Below, piece after piece: positions 49,870 through 63,775 of a stretch of DNA of 64,000 bases. A program made the translations under genes and the position numbers. Source of the stretch: Negaprion brevirostris (taxonomy: Eukaryota); assembly GCA_030324005.1 (NCBI GenBank), contig JARDVH010000143.1, positions 13,328,679 to 13,392,678 of the forward strand, in the 5' to 3' direction. Each line of letters opens with the position of its first letter. Positions within the stretch are counted from its first letter, which is position 1. Under the pieces are notes generated by a model, which was given only the letters and a program-made list of their open reading frames with translations, was not told the DNA's origin and searched no databases.

Positions 49870-50199
49870 ATTCATAGAATCCTTGCAGGTGTAGGTGGTG
49901 ATCATTTGGCCCCCCCAGGCCCTACCCCTGTAACGCCACGTATTTATCCCACTAATTCCCCAAACCCACATATCCTGGGAAACTAAGGGATAATTTAGCA
50001 GAGCCAATCCACCTAACCTGCACATCTTTGTACTGTGGGAGAAAACCCACACAGACATGGGGAGAACGTGGGGCGGCACGGTAGCACAGTGGTTAGCATT
50101 GCTGCTTCACAGCTCCAGGGACCTGGGTTCGATTCCCAGCTCGGGTCACTGTCTGTGTGGAGTTTGCACACATTCTCCTCGTGTCTGCATGGGTTTCCT
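49870..50199. mobile_element. Abutting inverted V-SINEs (- 49870-50070, headless; + 50071-50199, runs into gap)
   Basis: ..cagacatggggagaacgtg|gggcggcacggtagcacagtggttagc.. Confidence 0.82.
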
Positions 50200-50924
50200 N
50201 NNNNNNNNNNNNNNNNNNNNNNNNNNNNNNNNNNNNNNNNNNNNNNNNNNNNNNNNNNNNNNNNNNNNNNNNNNNNNNNNNNNNNNNNNNNNNNNNNNNN
50301 NNNNNNNNNNNNNNNNNNNNNNNNNNNNNNNNNNNNNNNNNNNNNNNNNNNNNNNNNNNNNNNNNNNNNNNNNNNNNNNNNNNNNNNNNNNNNNNNNNNN
50401 NNNNNNNNNNNNNNNNNNNNNNNNNNNNNNNNNNNNNNNNNNNNNNNNNNNNNNNNNNNNNNNNNNNNNNNNNNNNNNNNNNNNNNNNNNNNNNNNNNNN
50501 NNNNNNNNNNNNNNNNNNNNNNNNNNNNNNNNNNNNNNNNNNNNNNNNNNNNNNNNNNNNNNNNNNNNNNNNNNNNNNNNNNNNNNNNNNNNNNNNNNNN
50601 NNNNNNNNNNNCGTCTGGACAAATGCTTGAGTAGGAGGCGAATAGAGGGACATTGTCCCCAGAATGGTAGGGGGTTTTAGTTAAGTCAGGCAGCATGGAA
50701 AGTGCAGGCTTGAAGGGCCGAATGATCTGTTCCCTGTGCTGTAATTTTTTGTTTTTTGTAAAGGGAACAACTTTAAGGAAAAAAATGCAAGTAATTGAAG
50801 CTTCATGTAGTCTTACTTGAATTTTAAATCACTTGTCCAAATGGACATCATAATTGATGTAAAATGGCCAAATTCCAGAACCAAGAAATATGTAAATTTA
50901 GTTATCAGTATCNNNNNNNNNNCC

Positions 50925-51183
50925 GCAATGAAGTTACTGTGAAAGTCCCCTAGTCACCACACTCCAGCATCTGTTTGGGTACACTGAGGGAGACTTGAAT
51001 CTGGCCAATGCACTTAGCCAGCACGTCTTTTGGACTGTGGGAGGAAACCACAGCACTCAGGAAATCCACGCAGACATAGGAAGAATGTAGCAGACTCCAC
51101 ACAGACAATGATCCAAGCCCGAAATCGAACCTGGGTCCCTGGTACTGAGAGGCAGCGGTGCTAACCACTGTGCCACCATGCCA
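50925..51183 (-). mobile_element. V-SINE type b
   Basis: Tail, core and head. Confidence 0.85.
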
Positions 51184-52384
51184 TCCTTATGTATGCATGT
51201 ATAGGATCACCAAAAAAGATAGAAAACGGTTAATTATGGAAGTTTTTTTTTTAGGAAAAGCGGTTGTGCCTTTAATTTAAAAAGGTACTGGTGGAAAATT
51301 ATTCATTTCCAAAGGTATTTGGATACCAGTGTTCTAAAGTGCACATCTCATTGTGATATATTTCATTGAACAATGTGGAATTTCACTACACAGTTCATCA
51401 GCAGAATCTAAGATATACAAGTCCCTAAATGGGCTTCCACTGGTTTGTCAGTCTGTTACATGCCGCAGAATAAACTACAGCGCCAAATCATTTTTGTCAC
51501 AGTCCAGTCTGTAGTCCAACTGCAGATACAATTGATTGGCCATGAAACTCCCTCACGTCAAAAAGCAACATTTTTCCTAATCCCTCCCCTCGATCAAACA
51601 ACCTTTCTCTTAATCCCTCGAAATTCAGAAAAGTCCTCGGGTGAAGAGAAACCACAGGCTCTCTGATCAGCTCGTATGAAAAAAAATACAAATCCTGAAA
51701 GCTCCAGTGGAATTTCAACCCTTTATTCTTGTTTGGCAATCAGCCTTTAACCCAAATTAGAGCAGCTGGAAAATACGATCATATTGGACAAAATGACAAT
51801 ATTCCAGCAAAAAGAAAAAAATAAGCTGGCTAATGCATTGAGAAGTTATAACGTTTGGTATGTCATACAGAGGAACCTTGCTCATGAGAAACAATTGTAA
51901 GGAAAGAACTTATGATTTTACAGCATATTAAACAGAAGAAACTTCATCCAACTTTAACCATTTCACAGGTCAGCTACAAAACTTTTATAATAATGAGTAC
52001 ATTATTTTGAGAAGTGGGAGCAATACATGCGAGATGGCTAAAGCCCAATTATCTTCTCATCATATGCAGGGCTTGAGAAAGCCTTTTTTTAAAAAAAGAT
52101 AACAGCAGCATCCTAAAGCACATGGAAAGAATGGTGAAGCATTTGCAAAACCATTTCTACAACTAAGGCCCTTAAATGAGTGAATACATTTCACTGATTA
52201 AGATACGTTACCAGTCTTGTGTACATTGCGAAACACAAGGTTATTATGAACACTATCTGTTCAGATGGGCCTATCTAGACAATAATTTAACTCGAGTATG
52301 AATGCTTGTAAAGCAAGTGAAGATATCTATCCATGTAAAAGATTCTGCAATATGCATGAAATTGCCATAGATCATCCGGATTGT

Positions 52385-52515
52385 TTTATGTTGATTTATT
52401 GGTCACAACTAGGCTCACATTAGCACTGCAAAGAAGTTGCTGTGAAAATCCCCCAGATCGACATACTCTGGCACCTTTGGGTACACTGATAGTGAATTTA
52501 GCATGGTCAATGCTA
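52385..52515 (-). mobile_element. V-SINE type-b tail fragment
   Basis: gtcacaactaggctcacattagcactgcaaagaagttgctgtgaaaatccc. Confidence 0.7.
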
Positions 52516-54079
52516 ACGATGAACACTTGGCTAAGTATGGCTAACCTCTTAGTTCAACAAACCAGAAAATCATGGCCGATTTGAGGAGTGTTACTCTCAC
52601 CTTCTCAGTGTGAGGAGTGAGGACACTGAAGAATAACCAGCTTATGAAGGCCAACTATAAAGATACTTGCTTTAAATAATTATTTTTTTTTTGAAAAGCA
52701 CATTTGTAGATCTTTATTTAAATTAAAAAGCACTTCAAGTCACATTATGCCCATCCATTCCTTTTGGGATTTGTACGTTGAGTATCTAAAATTTTACAAG
52801 TGACGTGATCTTGCATTGTGGAAATACGATTTTTAAGTTGAAGCGAGAAGTCATGGTTTTTAACAGCATCCATAATATTGCTTTCAAGTCAGTGAATGCA
52901 TTTTTTTAAAAAAAGAGTGGACATTGTGTTTTGACAAAATGCTTCCCCTCCAAGCATTCAACCCTTTAAAAACCAGTGGAAATTCTAAAAGTACAAGATG
53001 TTTTGTGCCCCTATCACTGCATATCAAATCACTTACTGAGAACAAATAGCAGGGAGAAGGAAGGAAATAGAAGTTATCAACCATTGCATAAACCATTTTA
53101 AAGGAGGGATTAATCACAAATAAAATGTGTAAAACATATTCAATAAGAACCAGTGCCAGAAAAATTGATCAGTGCAATGCGTGTCTGTACCAAGATTGTC
53201 CCACCTTATACCATGGATGGGATTTTACAGTCTCACTCGGGCAAGACCAGAAATTTCCACCCAAGGTCAAAGGTGATTTCCATTGTTGGAGCGGAATAGG
53301 GTCCAATCTGGGCAGTGAGGCCATAGAGTTCCAGCCTTCATGTTTTGGATTAGATTTTTGGAGAGAGGGAATTGGGTGGGGAGGGCATGGCGGTTGGGGG
53401 CATTAGAAAAAGATCCAGATATTCATTGCTGGACAGCCGACCAGACGATTGATTTCATTGCTGCCACGAATTCAAGACGATTTGGTAATTAATGACAGGG
53501 CATCAATCTACAAATATCTGCAGTGTAATTTTGCAGGAGTTTTAAATGTGAAGTTAAGTTTAACCTTCTGTAATTTTTATGCAGGATTTCAGAGATTTAA
53601 TAAAAATGCTTGCTACTTTGTCAATTGAAAATAAAACGTCGGTGGTACTTAAAAGGCACAGGTTAAGTTTCATACAGCACAATGTCACCAGATTGTATTT
53701 CTACAGACTTCAGTTACAGTTGTCCATTACCAACAAATGCTTATCTATTGCTCTGCTAAAGGACATTGCACAGGATTATAAGTGACGTTAGAATTGGTTT
53801 ATTTGCTGGGACGATCTGTTTGGCAAACAGCTGCAGAAGTGACAGTTTCAGATGTAATTCCAAACAATAATTAATCTCAAAATCAGAGGAGTCAACTTCT
53901 CGGCAAAAGGGAGAGAGATTTATATAGCGGGATCTAATGATGTGACAGCTCAAAATCAAAATACTTATGTAGTTAAACACTTAAGCCCCAATTTGGGCTT
54001 GTAAACCACATTAAAGATAGCACATCTAGAACCTCTGTCATTAATCAATTTACTTATATTTAGGGACAACAGTTCTAAG

Positions 54080-54520
54080 TTAAAAGGTTTATTTAGTGTC
54101 ACAAGTAGGCTTACATTCATACTGCAATGAAGTTACTGTGAAAACCCACTAGTTGCTACACTCCAGCAACTGTTCAGGTTATTTCCAATAGAAAAAGGGA
54201 TAAGGGGATATGGGGAACAGCTGGGAAGGTAGGTTTGAGACCAGGGAAAGATCAATCATAATCTGATTGAATGGCAGAGTAGGTCAAAGGGTTGAATTTG
54301 CTTACCGTTGTTCCTAATTCCTACATAGAGAATTTAGCCTGGCCAATGCACCTAACCAACACATCTTTCACACTGTGAAAGAAACCGGAGCACCTGGAGG
54401 AAACCCACACAGACACAGGGGAACGTGCATACTCCACACAGACATTGACCCAAACCAGGAATTGAATCTGGGTCCCTGGCGCTGTGAAGCAGCAGCGCGA
54501 ACCACTGTGCCACCATGCCA
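54080..54520 (-). mobile_element. V-SINE type b (54080-54180 and 54327-54520) interrupted by a plus-strand CR1 tail (about 54182-54325)
   Basis: The SINE breaks after ctgttcagg and resumes at agagaatttagcc. Confidence 0.78.
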
Positions 54521-55526
54521 TCCAGACTCATGTGCCTGAGTCTTACTTGCCTCATGATGTGTCCTAGAGAGACACTCATTCTTATGAATGCAGAAATTTA
54601 AGTCAGCCCGTCACTACTTTCTGGGCAATTGGTGACAGGCAATAAATACCAGCCTTGCCAGAAACATCCAATGCTCAGTGAATGAATAAAAAAAGATGAA
54701 TTTAAACAGAGTCTAAACTTGAGCCATTAGTTGTATCATAAATTGGAAATAAAACGCTTCTATATTTGTTAATAAAATCAAAAACATTTTGGGGAAATCT
54801 CTGTTCATTAACTGGTGGCACACATGCAAAATTAAATTGTGACACCTTGAATATAGTTTTATTCTGTTCCTCTCACTAGGAAACCCTGGTTATTGTTATT
54901 TGTGTTATTTGAATTAGGTCCACAAAAAACAACTGGTGTAGCCTTTTGAAATAGGCAGCATAAGACAATCACTCACATAAATGAGTGCACAAAACACATC
55001 CTTACCCCTTTAACATTTACACAATGGCAAGACTAGATTTAATTTTAAAGACAAGGAAGTGAACTGTGGTTGTGTTTGATTACGCAGTCAACAGGTTAGG
55101 AAGAAGAAAGATTCAACTGGGTTTGCAGTCATCACATAGTGTACAAAGAAATCTGGATCTCAAAAGCAGTTTTAAAACTAAAAGAAATTAACAGAGGGTG
55201 ATAATGAATTGGGTAAGTGTGAACACTGTTTCTTAAACAGTGATTGTGATTACCATGGTACAAATCAGGATGTCGGAATACATACCACTCATATCATTAT
55301 TTTGNNNNNNNNNNCTGCAAGCGCCACAGGGCTCGCACAGTATATGGCCAGAGCTTGCAATCTGGTGCCCCTGTGAACTCAAATATTTACAAATTCTATA
55401 CTCATTTAGAAGATAATGCTAGGTAACTGGAATATGCGTTCTTGGAACAACCAGGGTGGAGGGAAAAAAAAGGCAATGGTCAGTCATTTCTAACTTTATT
55501 GGGAAAGCAGGAAGCGGCTTACTTAC

Positions 55527-55652
55527 CCTTCTTGTTTTTCTTCTCTTCCTCGTCACTACCTGCTCCTAATAAGGTGAAAATGATACCAGTCTGGGAGTTC
55601 AAACCTACTGCGGTGACAAGGATCCGGCCAGAGCCTTCCATTACATGGGTAC
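55527..55652 (-). CDS. ATP2B4: PMCA exon, 126 nt: [42 protein letters not shown] (precedes splice site A)
   Basis: Conserved GTHVMEGSG...[12 protein letters not shown]. Acceptor ttttatag|GT, donor AAGG|gtaagt; phase 1-1. Confidence 0.96.
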
Positions 55653-55937
55653 CTATAAAAGAGAGATTGGTAGATAAAAGGTAACACCATCCATTTCCTG
55701 TTATTGAAACTGGATACCCCAATATTAATTCTTAGGCACCCGTTGCTAAATTAGCAGATTGTTTGACACAAAAGCCATTGACATTTAAACTCCATGGTCC
55801 CTTTTGGGAAGTTGACCTAACTTCCCATTTCCCTCCCCATCCTTACACAATTCAAAAAAAAAATCAGCCTGTACACTCATACCTGATCACTCAGATCAAT
55901 CATTGTACTGTGCAGGCAGCTATTATTGGGGTCAATT

Positions 55938-56281
55938 GAATCATAAACTTCCTGCAGTGCTGAAGGAGGGCATTTGGCCCATCAAGTGTGTGCTGACTCT
56001 TCTACAGAGCATCTTACCCAGGTTCTATCCCTGTAGCCCCATATATTTACTCTGCTGGTCCCCTTAACCTACACATCCTGGGACACTAAGGAGCATTTTA
56101 GCATGGTCAATCCACCTAACCTGGACATCTTTGGACTGTGGGAGGAAACCAGGCCACCTGGAGGAAACCCACGCAGACATGGAGAGAATGTGCGAACTCC
56201 ACACACAGACAGGACCCAAGCAGGGAATCAAACCCGGATCCCTGACGCTGTGAGGCAGCAGTGCTAACCACTGTACCACCC
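55938..56281 (-). mobile_element. V-SINE, CR1-type tail
   Basis: Full head, core and tail. Confidence 0.87.
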
Positions 56282-57394
56282 TATTATTGGTTTGGAAACA
56301 AGTCTAATTGGTTCTTAATTATCTGGTGAGTTGGCTGCTGATTTTGGTGCCAGCCCATCCCTTTCATCACGGGGAGTGTTTTTGGGGGGTTGGAGAGGTT
56401 GGCTTCTGCCCCATTTTATGTACCTCCCCACAACCACCCCCACCACCCACTGAGAACACACCCAATACGGGGACAGGTAAAAGGCAGCCCACAGTATAAG
56501 CCAGTTTGCAGAAATGCAAGGTCTTCTGCAAAAACAAGAAAAAAAACAATCCTTCATTCTAACAAACTAGAGCCAACAACCGGAGCGGAGGAAATGAGTA
56601 CATTAGACACACTCTACATTCATTTTAAATTGCATCTGTTAAGGACTGAATTAAAAACAGCAAGCTAAAAGGATCTGGAATGTGACTGAGAAAATGAGGG
56701 GAAACCAACCAAACCAAACTTGATACTTAAAAAAAAAGGAAATTTTTAAACTGACTGGTTTGTGGATAAGGAGAAAGATAGCAACTTATACATAGCAGTT
56801 CCATTTACACTGACTCCCCATTTCAATGGTGGGGGTTGGGGAGGTCAGGGTCCACTGGCACCCTCACTAACACAATGCAATCCTCTGATATTTTAGCTGT
56901 CTTGAGGTGAGTTGCCTGCTCTGGATGTCTCATCAGGTAAAAACAGTCACAAAGCCACCAATATGGGTTTTTAAAAATTTAATATTTTATATATTTGTTA
57001 AAAATAAATAATACAAAACAAAACTGCTTACTGGAAGCAGCAGCCACCAAGCTCCACAAGTGAAATCCAGGTCTCCACTATACCTGGCTCCCTCACCACC
57101 AGCCACATCTTAACATCCCTATCCCAAGAACACATTTTACTGGCAGCCTTCTCCTGATGGTCTTACTTCCCTCAAGAAACTGACCAGTGGCATCCAAGGT
57201 AAAAATCTGCTAGGTATCCCCCTCCTGTGGCTGATTCCTATCCATTCCTGTTAGCTTCTCACCAGGATGTTAATTAGGGAGCCCAAAATATCCAAACATC
57301 TGCTGAAGTCTCTCGAGGAGCCCTACCCTTGTGTGCTGTGCTTCTGATCATTCCTTAAATAAAGCGTGCAAACACAATAGTTGCTTGAGCTTAC

Positions 57395-57520
57395 CAGAGA
57401 GTAACATGGGGTCCTTCTCCATTGATTTCTTCACATGATCTGACTCTCCTGTCAAAGAACTTTCATCAATTTTTAAGTCATTGCCTTGGATAAGAATACC
57501 ATCAGCTGGCAGAAGGTCAC
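57395..57520 (-). CDS. ATP2B4: PMCA exon, 126 nt: [42 protein letters not shown] (actuator TGES motif); not in ORF track
   Basis: Hand-translated from the reverse complement. Acceptor cccctgcag|GT, donor TCTG|gtaagc; phase 1-1. Confidence 0.96.
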
Positions 57521-57559
57521 CTGCAGGGGCACAAGCAATAAGCTGAAATCCTTACAAAG

Positions 57560-57720
57560 GCAAAACACTGAAGATGCAGGAAATATGAAACTGAAACAAA
57601 CCAAAAAAAATGGCTGAAAACGTCCAACTGGTTGGGCAACATCTATACAGATGAACAGTTAACTTTTCAGGTCAACTCAGTCTCCACAGAAGCTGCCCGA
57701 TTTGCTGAGCATTTCTAGAA
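57560..57720. mobile_element. Decayed Penelope-like hairpin element next to an exon acceptor
   Basis: aaaacactgaagatgcaggaaat..gggcaacatct and agaagctgcccgatttgctgagcatttctag arms. Confidence 0.5.
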
Positions 57721-58166
57721 TGCCATGTCAGAAGACCACAGACATGGAAATGAATCCAGGACTGAGCACTGTGACAACACATCCCTGTGCATCCCTCAGG
57801 CACAGTGGGAATGCACTTTAATGCATAATGTGTCTTGCTCCCAAAACATTTAGCCGCTGCTTAATATAATCCTTCCCTCCACTCAAAATTAAATAATGGA
57901 AGTTATTTTAATCTTCAATTAGTGCAAAATAGGCAACACCAGACTGGCTCTGTCCTACATTCCAATCGATCTTCCTTTTCATTGAACGATTATGCAGTTG
58001 TATATCGTCCACGGCCAATCAAATACCATTTATTGTACACTGGTGCCAACAGATAAGACGAATCTTAATCTTTTACAGCAGATAATTTTGAAATTTCAAA
58101 TGACTTGAAGCTCTGTGGCACAGAAATATTTCCAGCCCACGATTCACCCTCACTCCTTGCCTACAT

Positions 58167-58447
58167 GGGACAGCACGGTGGCTCAGTGGTTAGCGCTGCT
58201 TCCTCACAATGCCAGGGACCTGGGTTTGATTCCCTGCTTGGGTCACTGTCTGTGTGGAGTCTGCATGTTCTCCCAGTGTCTGTGTGGGCTTCCTCCAGGT
58301 GCTCCGGTTTCCTTCCAGAGCCTGAAAGATGTGCTGATTAGGTGCATTGGCCACACTAAATTCTGTGTACCCGAACAGACGCCAGAGTGTGGCAACTAGG
58401 GGGATTTTCACAGTAACTTCATTGCAGTGTTAATGTAAGCCTGTTTG
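58167..58447 (+). mobile_element. V-SINE type b
   Basis: Head, core and tail. Confidence 0.87.
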
Positions 58448-60049
58448 NNNNNNNNNNNNNNNNNNNNNNNNNNNNNNNNNNNNNNNNNNNNNNNNNNNNN
58501 NNNNNNNNNNNNNNNNNNNNNNNNNNNNNNNNNNNNNNNNNNNNNNNNNNNNNNNNNNNNNNNNNNNNNNNNNNNNNNNNNNNNNNNNNNNNNNNNNNNN
58601 NNNNNNNNNNNNNNNNNNNNNNNNNNNNNNNNNNNNNNNNNNNNNNNNNNNNNNNNNNNNNNNNNNNNNNNNNNNNNNNNNNNNNNNNNNNNNNNNNNNN
58701 NNNNNNNNNNNNNNNNNNNNNNNNNCTGAAACACACACATTAAGGTTGCTCCCATTCAACACTCAGCTTTACTGGCCCATTTCCAGATTTTACCAGCCAC
58801 AGGTCTGATCAGGAATGGTTCTTTGGCAGAGGGGCACTTCTTTAGACCAGCTCTGCTCAAGAACAAGTTTAGCAAATGTTTATTCAGCTTTAGGAGTTGT
58901 GGGTGCAAGTGGTATTTCTGGTGATGTACAGGATTAACTCTGCTGCGTAGCAGGAGTTTGAAGCAATGAGGATGAAGCAGCTCAGTGTCCATGAGGAATG
59001 AACTCTAGGAGACCCAACAGTAAAGGCTGAAGCAGCATTATGCTGGTTGATCAGGGAGGTGAGTTGTACGCCCAACTTCTTTGTACATGTGCAATTTTAA
59101 AAGTGCATTTGCCAAGAAATTTATCAACTCCTTTATTCTCTGCCTGGAATTGACAACTTTTGTACATATTTTTCTCATCAATAACCTTGTTAGTGTATTT
59201 CTCACTGCAGGTATTCCATAAGCAATATTCTCAAACAAGGCAGGAAGTTCCAAATGTCAGAAGCCAAATTAGCATCTCTATTGGGAAGTGACATCGTCCT
59301 CCTTTAGTTATCAATGTTTCTGTCTCAGTGCTGTCACTTGCTCGAGTCAAATCAGCCCACTTGCTTGACAGAACTTACTTTTCTGTTCATTTTATACAGA
59401 ATACACGCTTGCTCGAGTGTCAAGGACATGGGCCAGAATTGCACCCAATTGAATATAATTTAGGAACTATTCGAATTCATAATCATAATCAAGGAGTAAT
59501 AGGGTCCACGCAAAAAGAAAATTTATACTACCCAAATATCCATGAGTCCAAAGACCAAGCGAAACAAGGACAATCTTACCGGCTTGTTGTGTCGGTCGAT
59601 AGAGTGTACGGACTGGGGTGCTTGCACAGTGGTGCCCCCTACAGCTCAGCCGGTTTCCTGGCATGAGTAGGCTCCACCCACTCCCCCCAACTGGTGAGAA
59701 TCACACTTTGCTTCATCTTTTTTCTCCTAAATGNNNNNNNNNNTTGCATCTGGATGCTTACCCAAAAAATGAGTGTGATTCTCTCCCATTTACACACTTG
59801 TTTGACACAATAGTTTTCGATAAGATTGCGCCTCCCCCCGCCCCCCCCACTTCCATGATTTCTCAAATGTAGCTATTATAGAATAAAAAAAGGTTCATTC
59901 TGTCCTAGGCCAACAGAGAATTCTGTTCTGCGGTAAAATTCCAGCAATAATTTCAAGGATTGGAAGTCCAACCTAGCAAAATCAAGGACCAAGATGTGAG
60001 GAATCCAACAGCACATTGTTTCAGTACCTTGCCTCTCTTTGCTACTCAC

Positions 60050-60304
60050 CATATTTAATCTGGGCAATGTCACCCACGACAATTTCTGCTACGGGAATCT
60101 GGATAACCTGACCCTTGCGGATCACTGTGAACTTCTGCTCCTGTTCGATGCGGCTTTGCAGTCCGCGGAACTGCTTCTCCTTACTCCAATCATTGAATGC
60201 TGTCACCAGCACCACACAAATGACAGAGAGGAGGATAGCTGCCCCTTCAATCCAGCCAGCCTCTGCCTCCCCTTCATCCTCTTGATTTGCAACTTCCCCA
60301 CATA
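60050..60304 (-). CDS. ATP2B4: PMCA exon, 255 nt: [85 protein letters not shown] (TM2, start of A domain)
   Basis: Hallmark [12 protein letters not shown]...[17 protein letters not shown]. Acceptor cttgtag|TA, donor TATG|gtgagt; phase 1-1. Confidence 0.96.
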
Positions 60305-60549
60305 CTACAAGAAAGGGAGACATAATTATAGATGTCAACACCAGACTGAATATGATGGCTTACAATTAAGATCTGGCGGCACTTGGTTAGAAAAATATTT
60401 TTAAGCCTCTCACCTGGCATCAGCAGCAACTTTAACTGGAAAAAATATATAACCTTCAATTTATTTTATTCTACCTCAAAAGCACCTGGTTCTTAAATAA
60501 AAGAGTAATGAACCATGTAGCACCAAGCTACTTTTATCAAGGATCTAGC

Positions 60550-60732
60550 AGAAACTATAAAAAGCTGGAAAATCTCAGCTGGTCTGGCAGTATCTGTCAG
60601 GAGAGAAAAGGGCCATCTGGACTCGAAACATCAGCTCTTTTCTCTCCTGACAGATTCTCCCAGACCTGCTGAGATGTTCCAGCCTTTTCACTTCTGATTT
60701 CAAATCCCAGCATCCGCAGTAATTTGCTTTTA
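60550..60732. mobile_element. Penelope-like hairpin element
   Basis: gctggaaaatctcagctggtctggcagtatctgtcaggagagaaaag is inverse to cttttctctcctgacagattctcccagacctgctgagatgttccagc. Confidence 0.75.
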
Positions 60733-61468
60733 TCGAACAGAAATTAGATAAGCTCCAAACAACTTGGTGCCAACTCATTACTGGTCTACTAATTTTAAAT
60801 GAGAACTTTCTCTGCATTAACTAATTTCTCCCGTGGAACCTGTAAAACATGAAAAAGAATATGGAAAACGCAAAGCGGCCCATTTCCAATATTATTCCTG
60901 CTTCTTCATATTTAAGAAAAAAACAAAATGTGCAACTTTAGAGACGGGTTCCATATAAAACAACTCATTTCCCTTGTGCAGACCAACCATTCTGTTCCTC
61001 TTTACACTGTTGCGCTGATGAGTGTATATGCCAGAGGAGCTAGATTAATTTGCATACAAACCGTTCTTAGGACTGGCTGCCAAAACAGACTCCTGGATGT
61101 GGAAAAAGGTAACACTTTATCCCCAGGTGAACCATCGATTTCCCCTCCCCCACCCTTACAAAAATAAGCAAAATACTATGGACACAGGACTTAGAAAAAA
61201 CAGTGGATTCTGGAAAAACTCAGCAGGATTGGCAGCATCTGAACCGAGAAACGACGCTCCCTGCTCAGTTTCTCCAATGTCCTCTGATCTTTTAAGTGTG
61301 AACTGGATGCATTTTCACCCCTCCACTGCTCTTGCGTGTCCAATATCTCCTACATTGCATTGTTACTTGGGGTCCAAGAGCAAATAGTTGTGCAACTCCT
61401 GGCCACAATCAACAGGATGTGGAAAATTGGAAAGAACAGTCAATATTATGCAACAATAATAATATTAC

Positions 61469-61825
61469 TGGGACAGCACGGAGGCACAGTGGTTAGCACT
61501 GCTGCCTCTCAGCACCAGGGACTGGGGTTAGATTCCCTGCTTGGGTCACTGTCTGCGTGGAGTTTGCATGTTCTCCCCTTATCTGCATGGGTTTCCTCCA
61601 GGTGCTCCAGTTTTCTCCCACTGTCCAAAGATGTGCAGGTTACGTGGAGTGGCTATGCTGAATTGTTTCTTAGTATCCCAAGATATGTCCGACAGATGGA
61701 TTAGCCATGGGAAATGGGGTTAGGTTTGGGGTGAAGAGGGTGCTTGGATAAGGTACTCTGTCAGAGAATTGGTGCAGAACGAAGGGCCCAATGAACTCTT
61801 CTGCTCTACAGGTGTTCTATGATTT
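61469..61825 (+). mobile_element. V-SINE, CR1-type tail
   Basis: Full head, core and tail. Confidence 0.87.
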
Positions 61826-61946
61826 TTTGGTTAAAAAACTCTTCTCATTGGAGATTATGAGGCTATGGATTTACACATTAATTGCCCCATTTTTAGGTAT
61901 TGTTTCAGGTACCATCCTTAAATCAGAAGATGTCTTGAATACTTAC

Positions 61947-62144
61947 ACTCGCTGTCCCCTCCAGGAGGACGGTAAAAGGAAAGGCCCAAAGATATAATGG
62001 CTGCAATTTCTAGAATAATTAAAGTTACGTCTTGTAGCGCTTCCCATACTAACTGCAGGAATGTTTTTGCCTTTTTGGGTGGTATAAAGTTCTGTCCAAA
62101 CACGGCTTTTCGTTTGTCGAGATCGGCCGGGTTGCCGGACAAAC
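61947..62144 (-). CDS. ATP2B4: PMCA exon, 198 nt: [66 protein letters not shown] (N-terminal region, TM1)
   Basis: Translation matches the PMCA N-terminus and TM1. Acceptor ttctcag|GT, donor GAGT|gtaagt; phase 1-1. Confidence 0.95.
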
Positions 62145-62779
62145 CTGAGAAAGAAGAAGAAACAGCTGTTACCAAACATACACTCTGTCTTAAGATGGTA
62201 TATTTCAGCCAAGTTTTAATGCACAAATCAGACCATTACCAGTGATGCTGCTTGCTCATTTTCATTAAAGAGATGGCAATGGTTCAAATTAAAAAGGCAA
62301 GATACACATATGTTTTTCCTCTAGACTTGATGTGGTTTCCACTTGCGCCAAGACGTTCCCCCCTCTTAAATCACTGATATTTTGAAGTTGACAATGAATA
62401 CTTTGGAAGATTTAAGCATATTTCCACAATTATCAGACACACTGTTGTTAGGTAATGACGCAACAGACAACTCCAACATGTGGCGGGCTAAGATTTGGAC
62501 CTACTCCCTCACAGCCAAGTTTCAGACCAGAACATCCTCATCAAGATGCAGAATGAGAGCCAGATGAATTTATTCTCTGGGATGAAAGGAAGTCGAGGAA
62601 GTCAATCCTTGAGTACTCGCACACACTCAATCTGAGTGGGAATGTTTTCAGAGATTTATTAGTTTGGGAAATGAAATCTCCAAAACTCCGTCACTGAGTG
62701 AGCTGCATGCACACTCCACCCAGCATCTTTGACACTTTGATGTGTTAATACAGGACAGCAATCCATTGTGCAGGTTTGT

Positions 62780-63080
62780 TGAATCACAGAATTCCTACAG
62801 TGCAGATGGAGGCCATTCAGTCCATCAAATCTGCACAACCACAATTCCACCCAGCTCCTATCCCCCGTGGCCTCGTGTATTTACCCTGCTAGTCCTCCTT
62901 CTCAATAAAGGGGCAATTTGCCACGGCCAATCAATCTGACTTGCACATCTTTGGAGCGTGGGAGGAAACCCACGCAAACATGGAGAACATGCAAACTCCA
63001 CACAGACGGTGACCCAAGCCGGGATCAAACCTGGGCCCCTTGCACTGAGAGGCAGCAGTTCTAACCACTGTGCCGCCCTG
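62780..63080 (-). mobile_element. V-SINE, CR1-type tail
   Basis: Full head, core and tail. Confidence 0.85.
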
Positions 63081-63294
63081 CTATCTTTATTATTTTAGTT
63101 TATTTGAAATCTTTATTTCTTTCCCCTGTTGGTCATGTTCTTCCATTTCCAAATCCCTGCCCTCCACACAAGCCCCTAAAATAATTGCAGCCAGTCTCCA
63201 CAACACAGGGAGTGGAGAGATAGTGGGGATGTTAGTGATCTCACTGTGGATTGACCATACCCATGGTTCAAGATGGCACCGGAGTGCGGTGACT

Positions 63295-63370
63295 CTGAAT
63301 GATGTATGATAAGCACACAAAACAATACTTCTCACTGTATCATGGTACATGTGACAATAATGAATCAAAT
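63295..63370 (+). mobile_element. Rex1-like LINE extreme 3' tail
   Basis: aacaatacttctcactgtatcatggtacatgtgacaataatgaatcaaat matches the reverse complement of 9470-9525. Confidence 0.6.
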
Positions 63371-63559
63371 ACTTTGAAACTTGCTTCCTAATCTAAATGA
63401 ATTATGGGTTTGTGAGGAAGTTTTGTTCATTAACATTCTTACAGACACTATCTACTTTGTAAATGCTCAAACTCATTCTAGACAAGACAGTATCAGCCAT
63501 TCAACACGTCAACCCTTTCTCTACATCCAATATCATTACGCTGCCTTTGATCCCTCTCC

Positions 63560-63775
63560 CTTGGCTCACTGTCTGTGTACAGCCTGCATTTTCTCCCCAT
63601 GTTTGCATGGGTTTCCTCCCACAATCCAAAGCTGCGCGGGTTAGCTGCATTGGCCATGCTAAATTGCCCCTTAGTGTTCCAGGATGTGCAGGTTAGAGGC
63701 ATTAGCAGGGTAAATGTGTCAGGGATAGGGTCTGGGTGGGGTTGTTGCCTGTCAGATTTGATGGGTTTCTATGAT
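63560..63775 (+). mobile_element. Headless V-SINE
   Basis: Core plus shortened CR1-type tail. Confidence 0.78.

Noticed and set aside
50071-50145. tRNA-like sequences with A and B boxes
   Set aside because: They are SINE heads that continue into the V core; not called as tRNA genes.
58756-59253. Minus-strand ORFs that might be a decayed retroelement
   Set aside because: No motif I can recognise with confidence.
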